A stretch of 43,205 bases of DNA from a virus (lineage: Duplodnaviria > Caudoviricetes): positions 1 through 43,205 of IMG/VR virus record IMGVR_UViG_3300009506_000069; one strand, given 5' to 3'. A program made the translations under genes and the position numbers. This document shows, one piece after another, positions 9,766 to 19,082 of this stretch (its first letter is position 1; each line of letters begins with the position of its first letter). A model generated the notes under the pieces. It did not search any database. It worked only from the letters and a program-made list of their open reading frames with translations, and was not told where the DNA came from.

Positions 9766-12700
9766 ATGGCAAACGAGTACCTAAGACCGTCGACAAGCTC
9801 AGGGGTATGGACAAACTCCGCTTCGGCATACGATGGTACCGATACTGGGGACAACACCACCTACGCATCAGCAACAACCGGAAACGCTGTAGACACTTGG
9901 TCTGGGTTCCCTTCGGCCGGCCAGACCTACACAGCACTCACCCTGCATGTCGTCCATGAGTTCAGCGGGAGCTTTCTTGATGACACCTATGTGCTCGAGT
10001 ACTCGCTTGACGGCGGTAGCACGTGGGAAACACCGATCCAGTCCGGCGTTCCATCAGGCACCACAAAAACAGACTTCAGTGTAGCTCTAAGTGCGTCTCA
10101 GGATCTGACACTCATTCAGGTCCGAGGATCCGTTCTGAAGACTGGAGGCCCAGACGCAGGCGGAGAGGCTCGCGTATGGGAGATCTATACTGACGGGGTC
10201 TACACAGCAGGCAGCATCGTAACAGGGGCAGCTACAGCTTCTGCCTCAGCTACTGCAGCGTCAACAGGATCCAAGACCCTGACCGGAGTCATATCGGCAG
10301 CAGCGAACGCAACAAAGACAGCAGCAGCTGCGGTGATCTTGGCAGGAGCTGTATCACTTGCTGCAGCGAGCACGGCAGCAGCCACCTCATATCAGCCCAT
10401 TCAATACTTAGTTGAGTATGACTGGAGCCAGATCGACTACCTGCTCGACGCCTCTGATCAGAACTACGTCGACAACCAAGGCACATCCGGAGCAACCAAC
10501 GATCTGGACCTGTATGCAGGACGCGGTCTGGCCCTTACCGGCAGCGCAACTGTCGACATCCCTGTCATCTATACGCTGAGTGCTGACAAACTATCATCGA
10601 TCACGTCTCCTGCTGCGCCAGTTGTTGTCAGTGGATCCAACATCTCATGTGACGGTACAGGGACGGATAGTTGGGACAGTGCTCAGCTTGATCTGAACAC
10701 CACGGCAACTACGTGGTCACACAGGTTCATGGCGTACATCGAGCTGAACATCACTATCAACTCGGGTACATTCACGATCACCGGATACGATGCAGGCTTC
10801 TCACTCACACAGCTTGACACGCCGATCACTCTCACAGCAGGAGACAACACGGTCAAGATCTACGGTGTGGCTGCGGACACACTGGTTGGTCTATTGGTCA
10901 ACGGCGCTGTCGCTTTCGACATCGATATCAACTCGATCACGGTCAAGGAGTTCTCGACGCAGAACTCGTATGTCACAGTGTTCGACCCTAGCACCGGCCT
11001 TCTGACTCAGGAGAACATGCACCTCGGCGATCAGATCCTGTCAAACAACGACTTCACCGGAGGGCTTACAGACTGGGCGGTCCAGACACCTGCAACGTAT
11101 GAAGTTGGCACGTTCTACGGCCGTACCGACGTACTGAAGGTCACTACTACAGACGTCGTATCAGGCAACCGCGTTACTCACAATGTGTCGTGGCTCAAAG
11201 GCCCTTATGAGGTAGACACAGAGGCATACATAGAGAGCGGGTCACTCAAGATCGACGGATCCGACGGGTACTGGGTAGGCGAAGGGGCGTTGGCATACGA
11301 CCCTATCAGCGTCACGTCACCTACCGGACAATGGACACGATTCACAGAGGTTGGTGTTGCACTTGTTGATGTGGCTCACCAGATCTGGGTGCGGAGCCAG
11401 ACCGGCACAAGTGCTGTCTCCTATCTTGACTGGATCGCGCTAAGACAGATCAAGCAGCCTGTATTCACAAAGCAGTTCTCTCTGGCCACGATCGGGATGG
11501 TCCTCGTCCACACGAACCCGCTGAGCGATGCGGATATCGCTGCGATCGAGGCAGCCCCGTACAAACTCGCAATGCTTGCGAAGGGTGTTGCCGGCCACGG
11601 GCTCAGCCTTACACTGGAGACGAACGACAAGTTCTTCGCGTTCATGGAGCCGAGCGGGGCAACCGTATACAACTCAAGGAACGCATCCGAGACTGCCACG
11701 ATCGCGAACTATGCAGCGACAATCCGTACCGACGCGGACAACCTTCGAAAGGGGCTCCAGTCACGATACCTGACACTCGATGCTTCAGGCGTGATCACGG
11801 CTGTCACGTTCGACAAGTCTATTTTCCACGGGATCAGCGGGGACAATACGAAGTGGAACCCGTCGCTCGAGTCAGCATTCATCATCGAGGAGGTGGTGGA
11901 TACAACACACTACTCGCACGTGTACAACGGCACAACGCTCACTACATGGACGAACGGTGTCGAGGGAACCCCCGCATCGCATAGCCCAGAGAACGCAGCG
12001 TACGAGCTCGGGAAGGGTGCATATCCGAAGATCTCCACAGACTCCTACTCAGCATACTCGCAGGAGTTCTTCAGGGTCGTCACCGGTACAAATATAGCCC
12101 AGTATGATCCGGCCACAGCCTACAACACTTGGGTGGGCGTCACGATCGTGTACGGGGCGTCGTCTCCCGCAGCGTCATCAACTGTAACTGCTGCAGCTGC
12201 TGCAGTATTTGACGGAACGGCTGCTCCTTCAGGATCAGCGACTTCATCAACAACCGGTTCACTGGTCAAGATCGGCGCAGCTTCGCCTGTAGCTAGTGCG
12301 TCAGCATCCGTCACCGGTGAGGTCATCTTATCTGGGTCGGCGTCTCCGTCATCGAGCTCGAGCGCGACAGCGTCCGGAAGCATGCAGATCCAGAGCACCG
12401 CGTCGCCGGCAGCGAGTTCGACAGCGTCATCGACGGCGTCGGCTGACAGATCTTCGGCTGCAGCTCCATCGTCAGACGCTGCAGCAGCTGCTTCAGGATC
12501 AGTCGTAACAGACTCCGTATCTGCACCGAGCGCACAGTCTACCGCAACCGCGTCCGGATTAGTTGACAGGGGAGGATCTGCTTCGCCGGCATCGAGCTCT
12601 ACGGCTTCGGCATCAGCGGTCCGCACCCTCGGTGGATCTGCGAGCCCTCTGTCTGATGCATCTGTAACAGCTATTCCTTCCACAATAGGGCAGGTTGACG

Positions 12701-13584
12701 GAATAGCATCCGCAGCAGCTGACTCTTCAGTAACCGCAACGGCTGACTCGATCAAGGCCGGATCCGCATCGATGTTATCAGACGCAGCAGCTTCATCCGT
12801 TGGATCTGCTGAGAGATCTTCAACAGCAACGGCAGCTGCTGCATCAAGCGTGACCGCTACCGGAGTTCTGGATCTTGGTGGTGTTGCAACACCGGCGTCC
12901 GATGCGGGGGCTGCAGCATCCGCGCAGGTGTTCGGTATAGTCACCGGATCAGCATCTGTTTTGGCAGATGCATCTGTGAGCGCCTCTGGGACATTATTAG
13001 GCTCAGTCGATGGATCGGCTGCCCTGAACTCGATCGCAACGATTAATGCCGTTTCCGGCGTCGAGAGAGCATGTTCTGCAGCGATATCGTCTGACGCTTC
13101 ATCTTCACCGGTTGGATCGTTAGATCTGCTTGGGTCCGCAGCAGCTTCATCAGACGCTGCAGCATCAGCGTCCGGAGATATCATCACGGTTGTCCAAGGA
13201 TCCGCGAACGCGTCATCCAGTGCCGGCATGACAGCTTCCGGATCAGTCGAGATCTCGTCATCCGCATCGCCGGCATCTGACAGCTCCGTTGACGGATCTG
13301 CGAATGCTGACTACTCAGGATCATCAACGGTCGAAGGTTTGTCGACCGTTGGAGTATCGGGAGATGTGGCCGGCCCATTGACCGTAGAAGTGTCCGCCAG
13401 TGCAGGCGTCAGCGCGTACGGAAGCACTGGTGAGCCCGAGCAGGATATCCGCGTCGTTGACTTCTACACACGGGTAACAGATCTTCCTGACACAGTGGTG
13501 GTTCTTTTCGACACTCCGATTGTGGTTGACTTTGAGGTTATAATCCAGATCACGGATGGGACCAGAGTCTCAGATCGTGGATAG
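9766..13584 (+). CDS. Long fibre/adhesin with beta-sandwich domains and Ser/Ala-rich repeats
   Basis: 1272 aa; SLDGGSTW Asp-box; CBM-like NNDFTGGLTDW; ~21-22-aa GxASPAASSTATA repeats. Confidence 0.7.
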   Translation: MANEYLRPSTSSGVWTNSASAYDGTDTGDNTTYASATTGNAVDTWSGFPSAGQTYTALTLHVVHEFSGSFLDDTYVLEYSLDGGSTWETPIQSGVPSGTTKTDFSVALSASQDLTLIQVRGSVLKTGGPDAGGEARVWEIYTDGVYTAGSIVTGAATASASATAASTGSKTLTGVISAAANATKTAAAAVILAGAVSLAAASTAAATSYQPIQYLVEYDWSQIDYLLDASDQNYVDNQGTSGATNDLDLYAGRGLALTGSATVDIPVIYTLSADKLSSITSPAAPVVVSGSNISCDGTGTDSWDSAQLDLNTTATTWSHRFMAYIELNITINSGTFTITGYDAGFSLTQLDTPITLTAGDNTVKIYGVAADTLVGLLVNGAVAFDIDINSITVKEFSTQNSYVTVFDPSTGLLTQENMHLGDQILSNNDFTGGLTDWAVQTPATYEVGTFYGRTDVLKVTTTDVVSGNRVTHNVSWLKGPYEVDTEAYIESGSLKIDGSDGYWVGEGALAYDPISVTSPTGQWTRFTEVGVALVDVAHQIWVRSQTGTSAVSYLDWIALRQIKQPVFTKQFSLATIGMVLVHTNPLSDADIAAIEAAPYKLAMLAKGVAGHGLSLTLETNDKFFAFMEPSGATVYNSRNASETATIANYAATIRTDADNLRKGLQSRYLTLDASGVITAVTFDKSIFHGISGDNTKWNPSLESAFIIEEVVDTTHYSHVYNGTTLTTWTNGVEGTPASHSPENAAYELGKGAYPKISTDSYSAYSQEFFRVVTGTNIAQYDPATAYNTWVGVTIVYGASSPAASSTVTAAAAAVFDGTAAPSGSATSSTTGSLVKIGAASPVASASASVTGEVILSGSASPSSSSSATASGSMQIQSTASPAASSTASSTASADRSSAAAPSSDAAAAASGSVVTDSVSAPSAQSTATASGLVDRGGSASPASSSTASASAVRTLGGSASPLSDASVTAIPSTIGQVDGIASAAADSSVTATADSIKAGSASMLSDAAASSVGSAERSSTATAAAASSVTATGVLDLGGVATPASDAGAAASAQVFGIVTGSASVLADASVSASGTLLGSVDGSAALNSIATINAVSGVERACSAAISSDASSSPVGSLDLLGSAAASSDAAASASGDIITVVQGSANASSSAGMTASGSVEISSSASPASDSSVDGSANADYSGSSTVEGLSTVGVSGDVAGPLTVEVSASAGVSAYGSTGEPEQDIRVVDFYTRVTDLPDTVVVLFDTPIVVDFEVIIQITDGTRVSDRG
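12140..13430 (+). repeat. About 20 degenerate ~21-22-codon Ser/Ala-rich repeats
   Basis: Recurring G-x-A-S-P-x-A/S-S-S/A-T-A-T-A pattern in the translation. Confidence 0.75.
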
Positions 13585-13593
13585 GAGACGGAT

Positions 13594-13920
13594 ATGTCTT
13601 ACAGAAAATTAGTTGACGACCTGAACGAATGGCAGGGTGAAAGCCTTGAGAAAACTCTACGCAGGGGCGACGGTGTCGTGTGGGGTGATAATGAGTCAGG
13701 GGTATGGGAACTGTACAACGGATCTGGTACACAGGTTGCCAATGGTGTATGCACCAAGACACAGGACAAGATGGGGATAGTGGCACTCGTTCCGGAGTCG
13801 GACACTGCTGCCCTCGTAGGCAACCACGTCCTGTTGGTATACCGCTTGGACAGTAATGATGTGGGGGTAAAGGGCGTCATAGCCGAGTACCATATCGTGT
13901 ACAAGAAAAAGAGTGCGTAA
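13594..13920 (+). CDS. Hypothetical Ig/BppU-like structural protein
   Basis: 108 aa beta-rich; AGGAG RBS. Confidence 0.5.
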   Translation: MSYRKLVDDLNEWQGESLEKTLRRGDGVVWGDNESGVWELYNGSGTQVANGVCTKTQDKMGIVALVPESDTAALVGNHVLLVYRLDSNDVGVKGVIAEYHIVYKKKSA

Positions 13921-14240
13921 TGTCTCAAAAAGTCGTTGGAGACTTTGTAAAGGTCGGAACGAGGTGGATGTTGGCGACAACCCTGATCTCCTTCACCCTA
14001 TCAGGTATCCTGACGATGCTCGGGAAAGACTGGTATGGGTATATCACTTCGGTCCCAGTTACAGCGCAGCAGGTTGAAGCAAACAGGGTCAAGCTCGACA
14101 CGATCGGGAAGGACGTCAAAGAGCTTCTAATTTTGAATCACAAAAATGACGTGACACTTCATGAGCACTCGGTGGTGCTGAGATACCATGCCGATGATCT
14201 AAAGAAGTGCAGGGAAAAATTGTTTGTAAGAGGAGACTGA
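13920..14240 (+). CDS. Single-TM coiled-coil membrane protein (lysis cassette)
   Basis: Hydrophobic WMLATTLISFTLSGILTML then heptads; TAATG coupling. Confidence 0.55.
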   Translation: MSQKVVGDFVKVGTRWMLATTLISFTLSGILTMLGKDWYGYITSVPVTAQQVEANRVKLDTIGKDVKELLILNHKNDVTLHEHSVVLRYHADDLKKCREKLFVRGD

Positions 14241-14241
14241 G

Positions 14242-14613
14242 ATGGTATCTTGGTGGAGCACAATATTTGGTGGAAGTAACGTAGTCAACGACTCGATGGA
14301 GTTGATAGACAACGCGTTCTACACAGATCAGGAGAAGGCAGGGCAGAAGATCGCGCTGCTTGAGTCGTATCACCCATTCAAACTGATCCAACGCTTTCTG
14401 GCGATGTGGATCACGTCGGTGTTCATGGGTTTGCTGACACTGGAGGTGGTATTGGTGATCATCGGGCAATGGTTCCCGAGGGCGATCGAGGCCATCGCAA
14501 TGATCAACACGCTGTCCATGGTAGAGATGCTCGGGTGGGCGTTTGTTGCTGTGGTATCTCTGTACTTTACGGGCGGGGTTATCAATACTTTTGCAGGGAG
14601 GAAGAAGACATGA
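14242..14613 (+). CDS. Holin (3TM-holin-like)
   Basis: IDNAFYTDQEKA motif plus two clear TM segments, next to the endolysin. Confidence 0.7.
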   Translation: MVSWWSTIFGGSNVVNDSMELIDNAFYTDQEKAGQKIALLESYHPFKLIQRFLAMWITSVFMGLLTLEVVLVIIGQWFPRAIEAIAMINTLSMVEMLGWAFVAVVSLYFTGGVINTFAGRKKT

Positions 14614-14936
14614 TGTTCTTAAAAGATGGGGTTAGCATCGACGGCATGCAGCCTGAGATCATGATCGCGCTGATGGTCGCAAAGGACGTGTTCGCTGAGC
14701 ACGGTATAGATCTGTGCATCACTTCAGGCGTCGAGGGCGAACACGGCCCAAGATCAAAGCATTACGAGGGGAAGGCCGTAGATCTAAGACGTCGGGACAT
14801 CAAGACGCAGGTCATTGCCGAGCTGATCTTGGAGAAGCTTCAGGAGAGACTTAACGGATCCAAGGGCAACTTCAAAGGTCAGTTTGACATCGTTCTCGAA
14901 AAGACGCACTACCACCTCGAGTTCGATCCGAGCTGA
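14610..14936 (+). CDS. Endolysin, peptidase M15 family
   Basis: ITSG...SKHYEGKAVDLR...HYHLE zinc motifs; ATGA overlap with holin stop. Confidence 0.8.
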   Translation: MMFLKDGVSIDGMQPEIMIALMVAKDVFAEHGIDLCITSGVEGEHGPRSKHYEGKAVDLRRRDIKTQVIAELILEKLQERLNGSKGNFKGQFDIVLEKTHYHLEFDPS

Positions 14937-14963
14937 TCGGCCATCGGTTTAAAACTTTAGCAA

Positions 14964-14972
14964 TGCTATAAT
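14964..14972 (+). promoter_or_regulatory. Extended -10 promoter TGCTATAAT
   Basis: AT-rich intergenic region, followed by AAAAGGA RBS. Confidence 0.7.
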
Positions 14973-14998
14973 GCAGTAAATTTTAAAAGGATAACACT

Positions 14999-15439
14999 AT
15001 GGCTAACGTGATTTACAATTCATTCAAGGGCAAGGTGATGGAGGGCGCTATCAACTGGTCTGACAACGCCACAACGACCATCCGTGTCATGCTCGTTGAT
15101 GATACATACACGCCAAACATTGACGGTGAAGTCTGGAAGTCGGATATCGACCTGACCGGCGCAGAAGTCTCAGGAACCGGCTACACTGCCGGCGGGGCTC
15201 TTCTGGTAAACCGTGCCGTCAATGTCGATACGACAGCAGATTGGGCCGAAGCAGACGCCGATGATGTAACGTGGGCTACATCCACGATCACGGCCCGTGG
15301 CGCCATTGTCTATAAAGACACCGGAGTCGCTGCTTCATCGCCACTGATCGCATATATCGACTTCGGTACGAACAAGGTCTCCAGTGCGGGTGACTTCACG
15401 ATCGTATGGAATGTGGACGGCGTATTTAGAGCAAGTTAA
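14999..15439 (+). CDS. Fibre-associated protein (copy B)
   Basis: YNSFK...IRVMLV...GTGYTAGG...DADDVTW...LIAYIDFG motif; distant resemblance to 9303..9713. Confidence 0.65.
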   Translation: MANVIYNSFKGKVMEGAINWSDNATTTIRVMLVDDTYTPNIDGEVWKSDIDLTGAEVSGTGYTAGGALLVNRAVNVDTTADWAEADADDVTWATSTITARGAIVYKDTGVAASSPLIAYIDFGTNKVSSAGDFTIVWNVDGVFRAS

Positions 15440-15441
15440 TC

Positions 15442-16686
15442 GTGGCGATTTACTACCTCAACACTGACCCGTTCAATGACGGGTCTCTTCTTCACTCTTG
15501 GCACTTTGAGAACACATACAGTGATATCCAAGCCACTGCCCCTCTCTTAGCAAGAACCGGATCCTACACACTATATGCTGCAGGTGAAACAGGGCTTGCG
15601 CTTGACCACGCCGGCGGGGCAGACTCTGTCCTTGAAAACTGGTCAACTGACGCACTTCTGCCGTTCGCAGACTATCAGTCAATTACGCTGTCTCTTCAGC
15701 ACATCTTTTTGGGTGGATCTACAAACTGGCAGGGCGGTGTAATTGCGATAGGCAATGTTGATACGAGATACAATGTGCAGATCGCCTTCCAATACGGAGG
15801 GGCTGGCCTAACGAGGATAGATGTGGCTACGCATAATGGAGGCCTTTCGGCCGGCCCATACTACGTGTCTTCATCTGCCTTCCATAAATTCGACTATGAG
15901 TACGACGGGGGAACCGGCAACCACTACCTATACATCGACGAGACAGCACACCTGATCGGCAACCTGCCAATGAAGTGGGATACAAGACAGCCACTTCTCT
16001 GGATCGGTAGGAACAGCATCGGGAACCTGTCCAACCTTATTGCGAGATGGGATAATATCTTCCTGTTTGACAGAGTCCTATCCGCATCAGAGAGGCTTGC
16101 TCTTGCGGACATAACACTGCAGGATCCTAGTGTAACTGTAAACGCAACACCGGCTGATCTAACATTCACGGCCCCGATATCGATCCCGAAACAGGACGCA
16201 TCTGTTGTCGTAACCGCAACCGATCTGTCGATCACTCCTCTTGACCCTGCTGTAGGATCCTACCAAACGATCGACGCCGGCCCGACAGATCTTCTGTTCA
16301 CTGTACATCAGGCACTCGACAACATAGCAAGGCCAGACACTGCCGTGTTCAGCCTGTCGTCTCCAATGTTGGGGGTTATGGAGCCTACAGTGTGGCCTGA
16401 TACCGTGGTGCTGCAGATAGACCAGATGCCGGTCAGCGTTCCTGACATAACACTGGCCATAAATGACTACATAGGGTGGCCACTTATGTTTGAGGTTCCG
16501 GCACATAAGGTAGTTGCTGATCCTGACGTGATCTCGTTCGCAGTGCTTCCGATATCTATGGTGTCTGCAATCCATTCGAATTACACACATCTTAGATTCT
16601 ATATGCCTCCGCCGGAAGTCATCATTGACTTCACGACGGACAACACCAGAACTGATCTGAATATTACTGCGCTTGGTACTGCCTGA
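15442..16686 (+). CDS. Second fibre/receptor-binding protein with N-terminal LamG/ConA-like domain
   Basis: LLHSWHFE...LYID...LWIGR...DNIFLFDRVLSASE; Pro/Val-rich stalk; GTG start. Confidence 0.7.
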   Translation: MAIYYLNTDPFNDGSLLHSWHFENTYSDIQATAPLLARTGSYTLYAAGETGLALDHAGGADSVLENWSTDALLPFADYQSITLSLQHIFLGGSTNWQGGVIAIGNVDTRYNVQIAFQYGGAGLTRIDVATHNGGLSAGPYYVSSSAFHKFDYEYDGGTGNHYLYIDETAHLIGNLPMKWDTRQPLLWIGRNSIGNLSNLIARWDNIFLFDRVLSASERLALADITLQDPSVTVNATPADLTFTAPISIPKQDASVVVTATDLSITPLDPAVGSYQTIDAGPTDLLFTVHQALDNIARPDTAVFSLSSPMLGVMEPTVWPDTVVLQIDQMPVSVPDITLAINDYIGWPLMFEVPAHKVVADPDVISFAVLPISMVSAIHSNYTHLRFYMPPPEVIIDFTTDNTRTDLNITALGTA

Positions 16687-17110
16687 TCATCTCTTCGATC
16701 TGCTTGGTAGCGTTAGGCGTATCGGCACCCTTTTTAACCTTCCCCTTCTCGTCGAGCTTGTATGGCTTAAGTGCGTTGGCATCGCATACGATCTTCGTCG
16801 CTCTTCGGATGATCTCTGGGAATACATCATAGCTCGCGTTCAGCTCCTGCTTCACGATCTCGTACATCATCTGGATTGCAGATTCAACACCGTTTCTGAA
16901 TGTCTCTGACAGGACCTCGCTGTTAAACAGGGCCTTCATCTTGGTACCCTCCCAAACATACATCGTGTCAATAAGGGCGTCTAGGCGCTCGGCAACCGTA
17001 GTCGCATCAGCGAACTCCTTGATCTCTTCTTGGAGCATCTTCTGCTCGTTCGCTGCATCCCATTTGAATCCGTTCCTCGGTTTGTTGAAGTTGTAAACCG
17101 CTAATTGCAT
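16664..17110 (-). CDS. MazG-like all-alpha NTP pyrophosphatase
   Basis: EEIKEF...LDALIDTMYV and N..K...GKVKKG motifs; AAGGA RBS before ATG 17110. Confidence 0.75.
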   Translation of the reverse strand: MQLAVYNFNKPRNGFKWDAANEQKMLQEEIKEFADATTVAERLDALIDTMYVWEGTKMKALFNSEVLSETFRNGVESAIQMMYEIVKQELNASYDVFPEIIRRATKIVCDANALKPYKLDEKGKVKKGADTPNATKQIEEMIRQYQAQ

Positions 17111-17222
17111 TGCTGTCCTTTTCGTAGTTGTATTGTATGTAGGCCATCCCGAAGACGTAGATGGCAAAGCCGGTGATAGCGAGCAGCCACACGAGCGCAT
17201 TAGAATGGGATCTCGTCTTCAT
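17007..17222 (-). CDS. Possible small membrane protein overlapping ssb and the MazG-like gene
   Basis: TM segment LVWLLAITGFAIYVFGMAYI with genome-typical codons fills the gap; weak RBS. Confidence 0.35.
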   Translation of the reverse strand: MKTRSHSNALVWLLAITGFAIYVFGMAYIQYNYEKDSNAISGLQLQQTEERIQMGCSERAEDAPRRDQGVR

Positions 17223-17805
17223 CTATGTCGATCGGAGGTTGCTGTTGCGGGTCCATCAGGCTGCCCTGATTCGGATTACCGTATTGTGGTTGCTGCGGTT
17301 GCTGCTGCGGTTGTTGGTACGCGGTGTGAGGCTGCTGCTGTGGCTGCTGTGGCTGCTGTGGCTGCTGTGGCTGTGGCTGCTGCTGCGGTTGGTTGTACCC
17401 TCCGTGCTGCTGCTGCGGAGCATTGTACCCTCCATGCTGCTGTGGCTGCTGATAACCGCCTCCCTGACCCTGACCATTGTCCTGCTTCTGATCGAGCATC
17501 TGCATGCTCTCTACGGCCACAGAGTGCTTAGATTTTTTAGCACCACTCTGGTCAACCCACTGGTCGAACTGAAGCCGGCCCTCTACTAAGATCTTGGACC
17601 CTTTTCGCAGGTACTGGTTAGCAACCTCTGCGGAGCGACCAAAGAAGGTGATGTCGATGAACATGACCTCTTCTTTCTTTTCGCCGTTCTGCGTGAACTT
17701 TCGGCTCGTTGCGATGGCCGTCTTGGCTATCGCCAGTCCGGCTTGAGAATATCTCAGCTCGATATCGCGTGTCAGGTTACCGACAAGGACTACTTTGTTA
17801 AACAT
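17200..17805 (-). CDS. ssb: Single-stranded DNA-binding protein
   Basis: MFNKVVLVGNLTRDIELRY OB-fold; acidic tip DIDEDEIPF. Confidence 0.97.
   Translation of the reverse strand: MFNKVVLVGNLTRDIELRYSQAGLAIAKTAIATSRKFTQNGEKKEEVMFIDITFFGRSAEVANQYLRKGSKILVEGRLQFDQWVDQSGAKKSKHSVAVESMQMLDQKQDNGQGQGGGYQQPQQHGGYNAPQQQHGGYNQPQQQPQPQQPQQPQQPQQQPHTAYQQPQQQPQQPQYGNPNQGSLMDPQQQPPIDIDEDEIPF
17281..17480 (-). repeat. QQP/QQHGGYN low-complexity repeats in the SSB linker
   Basis: Tandem 9-nt ggctgctgt units. Confidence 0.8.
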
Positions 17806-18025
17806 GATCTCCCCTTTGCGCTTTTAAGATGTCGTCTTCCGACGTTTTATGGATATCTGGTATGCTCAGAAACTGATCTTCAGTCAGAGTGTACCCGTTG
17901 TGCTTGTTGTGACAGTAGATCTCACCGCTGCTCATTAGATCAAAGTCGTAGTTTGACGTCTTCACTGTGTAACCTTCCTTGATCTTCTTGAGAGCAAACT
18001 CTGTTGTAACTGGACCATCCACCAT
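17798..18025 (-). CDS. Hypothetical protein
   Basis: Coupled ORF in the early operon. Confidence 0.6.
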   Translation of the reverse strand: MVDGPVTTEFALKKIKEGYTVKTSNYDFDLMSSGEIYCHNKHNGYTLTEDQFLSIPDIHKTSEDDILKAQRGDHV

Positions 18026-18201
18026 CACTTCACCTTTTTAAGCGGTTGACAGTATGTTATCACTGTGTCTTTAGAGCTGTTCGATGCGACCGCGTCGACA
18101 GCGTTCCTGCACTCTTCGTACGACGGCATAGGAGTTTTGCTCACTAACCCGTCACGGAAGAAGCTTGGCTCGATTATGATTACGAATACCCACTCGATCA
18201 T
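18025..18201 (-). CDS. Hypothetical protein, 58 aa (not in ORF track)
   Basis: MIEWVFVIIIEP...C...C; start and stop both overlap neighbours; GGAG RBS. Confidence 0.6.
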   Translation of the reverse strand: MIEWVFVIIIEPSFFRDGLVSKTPMPSYEECRNAVDAVASNSSKDTVITYCQPLKKVK

Positions 18202-18434
18202 AGCTCTCCCTCCTCAATCAATCTGTAGATCTTCTTCATTGTGATCCACTCGTACGGCTCGTTGGCCGGCTTTGTGCGATCAAACTTGGCGATACCGTTC
18301 TTGATACCCTCACAGCGCATACCCTTGGCTATGCCGGTGTCGGCAACATTTTTTTCCTTCATCTGATCACCGAGTATGATCACCCAGTAGAATATCGTCT
18401 TCAGTGCGTACCAAATTGCTTTAATGTGCTTCAC
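18198..18434 (-). CDS. Hypothetical protein
   Basis: GTG start after GGAGGAG; coupled. Confidence 0.55.
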   Translation of the reverse strand: MKHIKAIWYALKTIFYWVIILGDQMKEKNVADTGIAKGMRCEGIKNGIAKFDRTKPANEPYEWITMKKIYRLIEEGEL

Positions 18435-18765
18435 TCTTCTCCTCCTCCTCTTTTTCGATCTGTCTGACCACTACCTTCAGGTACCGAACGACTTCGTCGA
18501 TCAGATCCTTAGAGTTCCTTGTCTTCTGGTTGTTTGACCAGATAGCGTTGTACAGTCTGGCCTGACATACCCGAAGAGCCTCGTGAAGATCAATGTCAAG
18601 AACCTCCTTCTCTTGGATCTTCGGGATCCTGTCCTCGGATCCTGCGACGTGAATTTTAGCCATAACCTTCTTTGCACTCAGTCGCTTCGCGTTGATCTGG
18701 CTGTTGAGGTATCTGATCACGCGCTCGTTACCGCCGTACTCGTCCCTCAGTTTTATTAATGTCAT
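18421..18765 (-). CDS. Hypothetical protein
   Basis: ATGA coupling at 18762-18765; GGAG RBS. Confidence 0.6.
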   Translation of the reverse strand: MTLIKLRDEYGGNERVIRYLNSQINAKRLSAKKVMAKIHVAGSEDRIPKIQEKEVLDIDLHEALRVCQARLYNAIWSNNQKTRNSKDLIDEVVRYLKVVVRQIEKEEEEKSEAH

Positions 18766-19082
18766 GAAACACTCTCCATTATTCTGCTCCACTCCTCCTC
18801 ATTCACCCTAAATGTGAAGCCTTTGCTGCCTCCAAGCATGAAGATGAACTCGAGGTGATGACAAGCCTCACGGTTTGATATCTTCGTGAAGCTCAACTTG
18901 TTCCCGTTCTCGTCGACTGGGAAGTCTGGATCCCACTTGCTGAGCAGGACCTTCATGTCCTCCTGAGTTATGCGCTCGGCCATATCTCTGGCCTCACCCA
19001 TTGGAGCCGACGCGACCAACTGATCTCTGTACTCCCTGATCACGCCACGCAACAAGCGATTTAATCGGTTACTTATCAGCAT
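18762..19082 (-). CDS. NinB-like recombination protein
   Basis: NRLL...EDMKVLL...SFTKISNRE...LEFIFMLG pattern; next to the exonuclease. Confidence 0.5.
   Translation of the reverse strand: MLISNRLNRLLRGVIREYRDQLVASAPMGEARDMAERITQEDMKVLLSKWDPDFPVDENGNKLSFTKISNREACHHLEFIFMLGGSKGFTFRVNEEEWSRIMESVS

Noticed and set aside
12120-13229. 369-aa minus-strand ORF
   Set aside because: Antisense shadow of the Ser/Ala repeats
9766-16686. Diversity-generating retroelement or invertible fibre cassette
   Set aside because: No reverse transcriptase, invertase or template/variable repeat pair seen
17133-17589. Hydrophobic + strand ORFs
   Set aside because: Antisense shadows of the SSB Gln/Pro repeats
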